Assembly: GCA_963714015.1 (NCBI GenBank)
Contig: OY970223.1
Location: 2,528,001-2,592,000 of the forward strand
Source: Vulcanimicrobiota bacterium
GTDB lineage: Bacteria > Vulcanimicrobiota > Vulcanimicrobiia > Vulcanimicrobiales > Vulcanimicrobiaceae
Reading direction: 5' to 3'
DNA length: 64,000 nucleotides
This document shows, piece after piece, positions 63,115 through 64,000 of the stretch. Numbering within the stretch: position 1 is the stretch's first letter; each line of letters opens with the position of its first letter. Under the pieces are notes generated by a model. It was not told where the DNA came from. It was given only the letters and a program-made list of their open reading frames with translations, and did not search any database. The position numbers and the translations under genes were made by a program.

Positions 63115-64000
63115 AAGCGCGCGCCTTAGCCGTTGCTCTGGTTCTGTCATTCGGCGCTACCGCATGCGGCGGCGGTTCATCAAAAGTCGCCGGACTTCCA
63201 CCGACCGGCTCGAATTCCGGCCAAACGACGAAGACCCAGTTCGTTATTCATTGGCCCGCAAAGAAAGGCCAATCCAACGCCCGTAAGCGCCAGAGCGTTT
63301 CACCATCCGCGCTCAGCATCTCCGTCACGGTGAACTCCGGTACTCCGCAAGTCGCAAACAATCCCGGCGGCGGTACATCGGCGATTCCGATTGACGCGCC
63401 CATCGGTACCGATACGTTCGTAATCAAGGCCTGGGACCAGCCGAACGGACAGGGGAACCTTCTGGACGCAGCCACCGTCTCGCAGCTAATCGTTGCCAAT
63501 TCGACGAATACGGTGAGCGCCGCACTCGACGGCGTCTGTGCCGCACTTTTGGTGGAACCCGTTCCAAATCAACCGTTCCTGGAAACGACCACAGCCCAAA
63601 TAAGTCTCCCGAACGATCAGCAGCAGTCCATCGTAACGGCTCTGCGTCTCGTTGGGACCCAACCGGAGAGCTTCACCGTGACGCCGGTGGATGCGGACGG
63701 CAACGCGTTCCTTTCCTCGGGCGGTCAACCGGTGATTACGGTAGCAGAAAGCGGCGGCGTCTCACACGTCGGCATTTCGTCCGCGCAGTCGGGCGGCGTC
63801 ACGACATTTACGCTGACGCCGAAGATCGGCGAGCCCAGCGGCGAAACGACTACCCTGAGCGCAACCTCGTCACAGTGCGGCAGCGGAACGCCGTGGGCGC
63901 CCAATTCCGTTTCGCTGAACGTCATCGGAGCCGTTTACGTCGGCGATACTGATTCGGTATTTGCCTTCGATCAGGACGGCAACGCGATTACGTCGGTAAA
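63111..64000 (+). CDS. Lipoprotein, runs off the window end
   Basis: ATG at 63111 (ATGA overlap), MKARALAVALVLSFGATACGGG...; no stop seen before 64000, so it is absent from the ORF track. Confidence 0.8.
   Translation, partial: MKARALAVALVLSFGATACGGGSSKVAGLPPTGSNSGQTTKTQFVIHWPAKKGQSNARKRQSVSPSALSISVTVNSGTPQVANNPGGGTSAIPIDAPIGTDTFVIKAWDQPNGQGNLLDAATVSQLIVANSTNTVSAALDGVCAALLVEPVPNQPFLETTTAQISLPNDQQQSIVTALRLVGTQPESFTVTPVDADGNAFLSSGGQPVITVAESGGVSHVGISSAQSGGVTTFTLTPKIGEPSGETTTLSATSSQCGSGTPWAPNSVSLNVIGAVYVGDTDSVFAFDQDGNAITSV

Overview
GC-rich bacterial chromosome segment. The many 'xCGGG' lipobox lipoproteins with NHL-like repeats and the STAND-ATPase regulators suggest Ca. Eremiobacterota/Vulcanimicrobiota (inference only). 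1-28.8 kb is core metabolism: tyrosine catabolism (hppD, hmgA, fahA), deoC plus ALDH, a PAS-GGDEF-EAL protein, an egtB-like gene, icd, serA with histidine phosphatases, tRNA-Ser(GGA) followed by tRNA-derived repeats, aroE, yqeG and nrdJ. An accessory island starts right at the nrdJ stop codon (about 28.77 kb to at least 45.3 kb, probably about 47.4 kb). It opens with a three-gene tyrosine-recombinase module (integrase, HTH, 16xCxxC Zn-finger/recombinase-like protein), followed by a GHKL ATPase and a SIR2-STAND-TPR-OB-fold gene, a candidate anti-phage locus. The most striking signal is four co-oriented copies of a ~40-bp site (consensus GAATATGTAC-N6-GAATATGTAC-N3-TTACCAGTAA) at 39091, 42659, 44435 and 45141. 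Each is followed by a hairpin-rich segment, and the one after 45141 clearly matches the island's left end at nrdJ. The sites split the cargo into cassette-like units, which suggests a tandem-accretion, integron-like platform. 47.4-64 kb holds STAND regulators, tandem serine hydrolases, Crp/STAS genes and lipoproteins. Single-base frameshifts occur in many genes, including serA and nrdJ, and are most likely long-read assembly errors.
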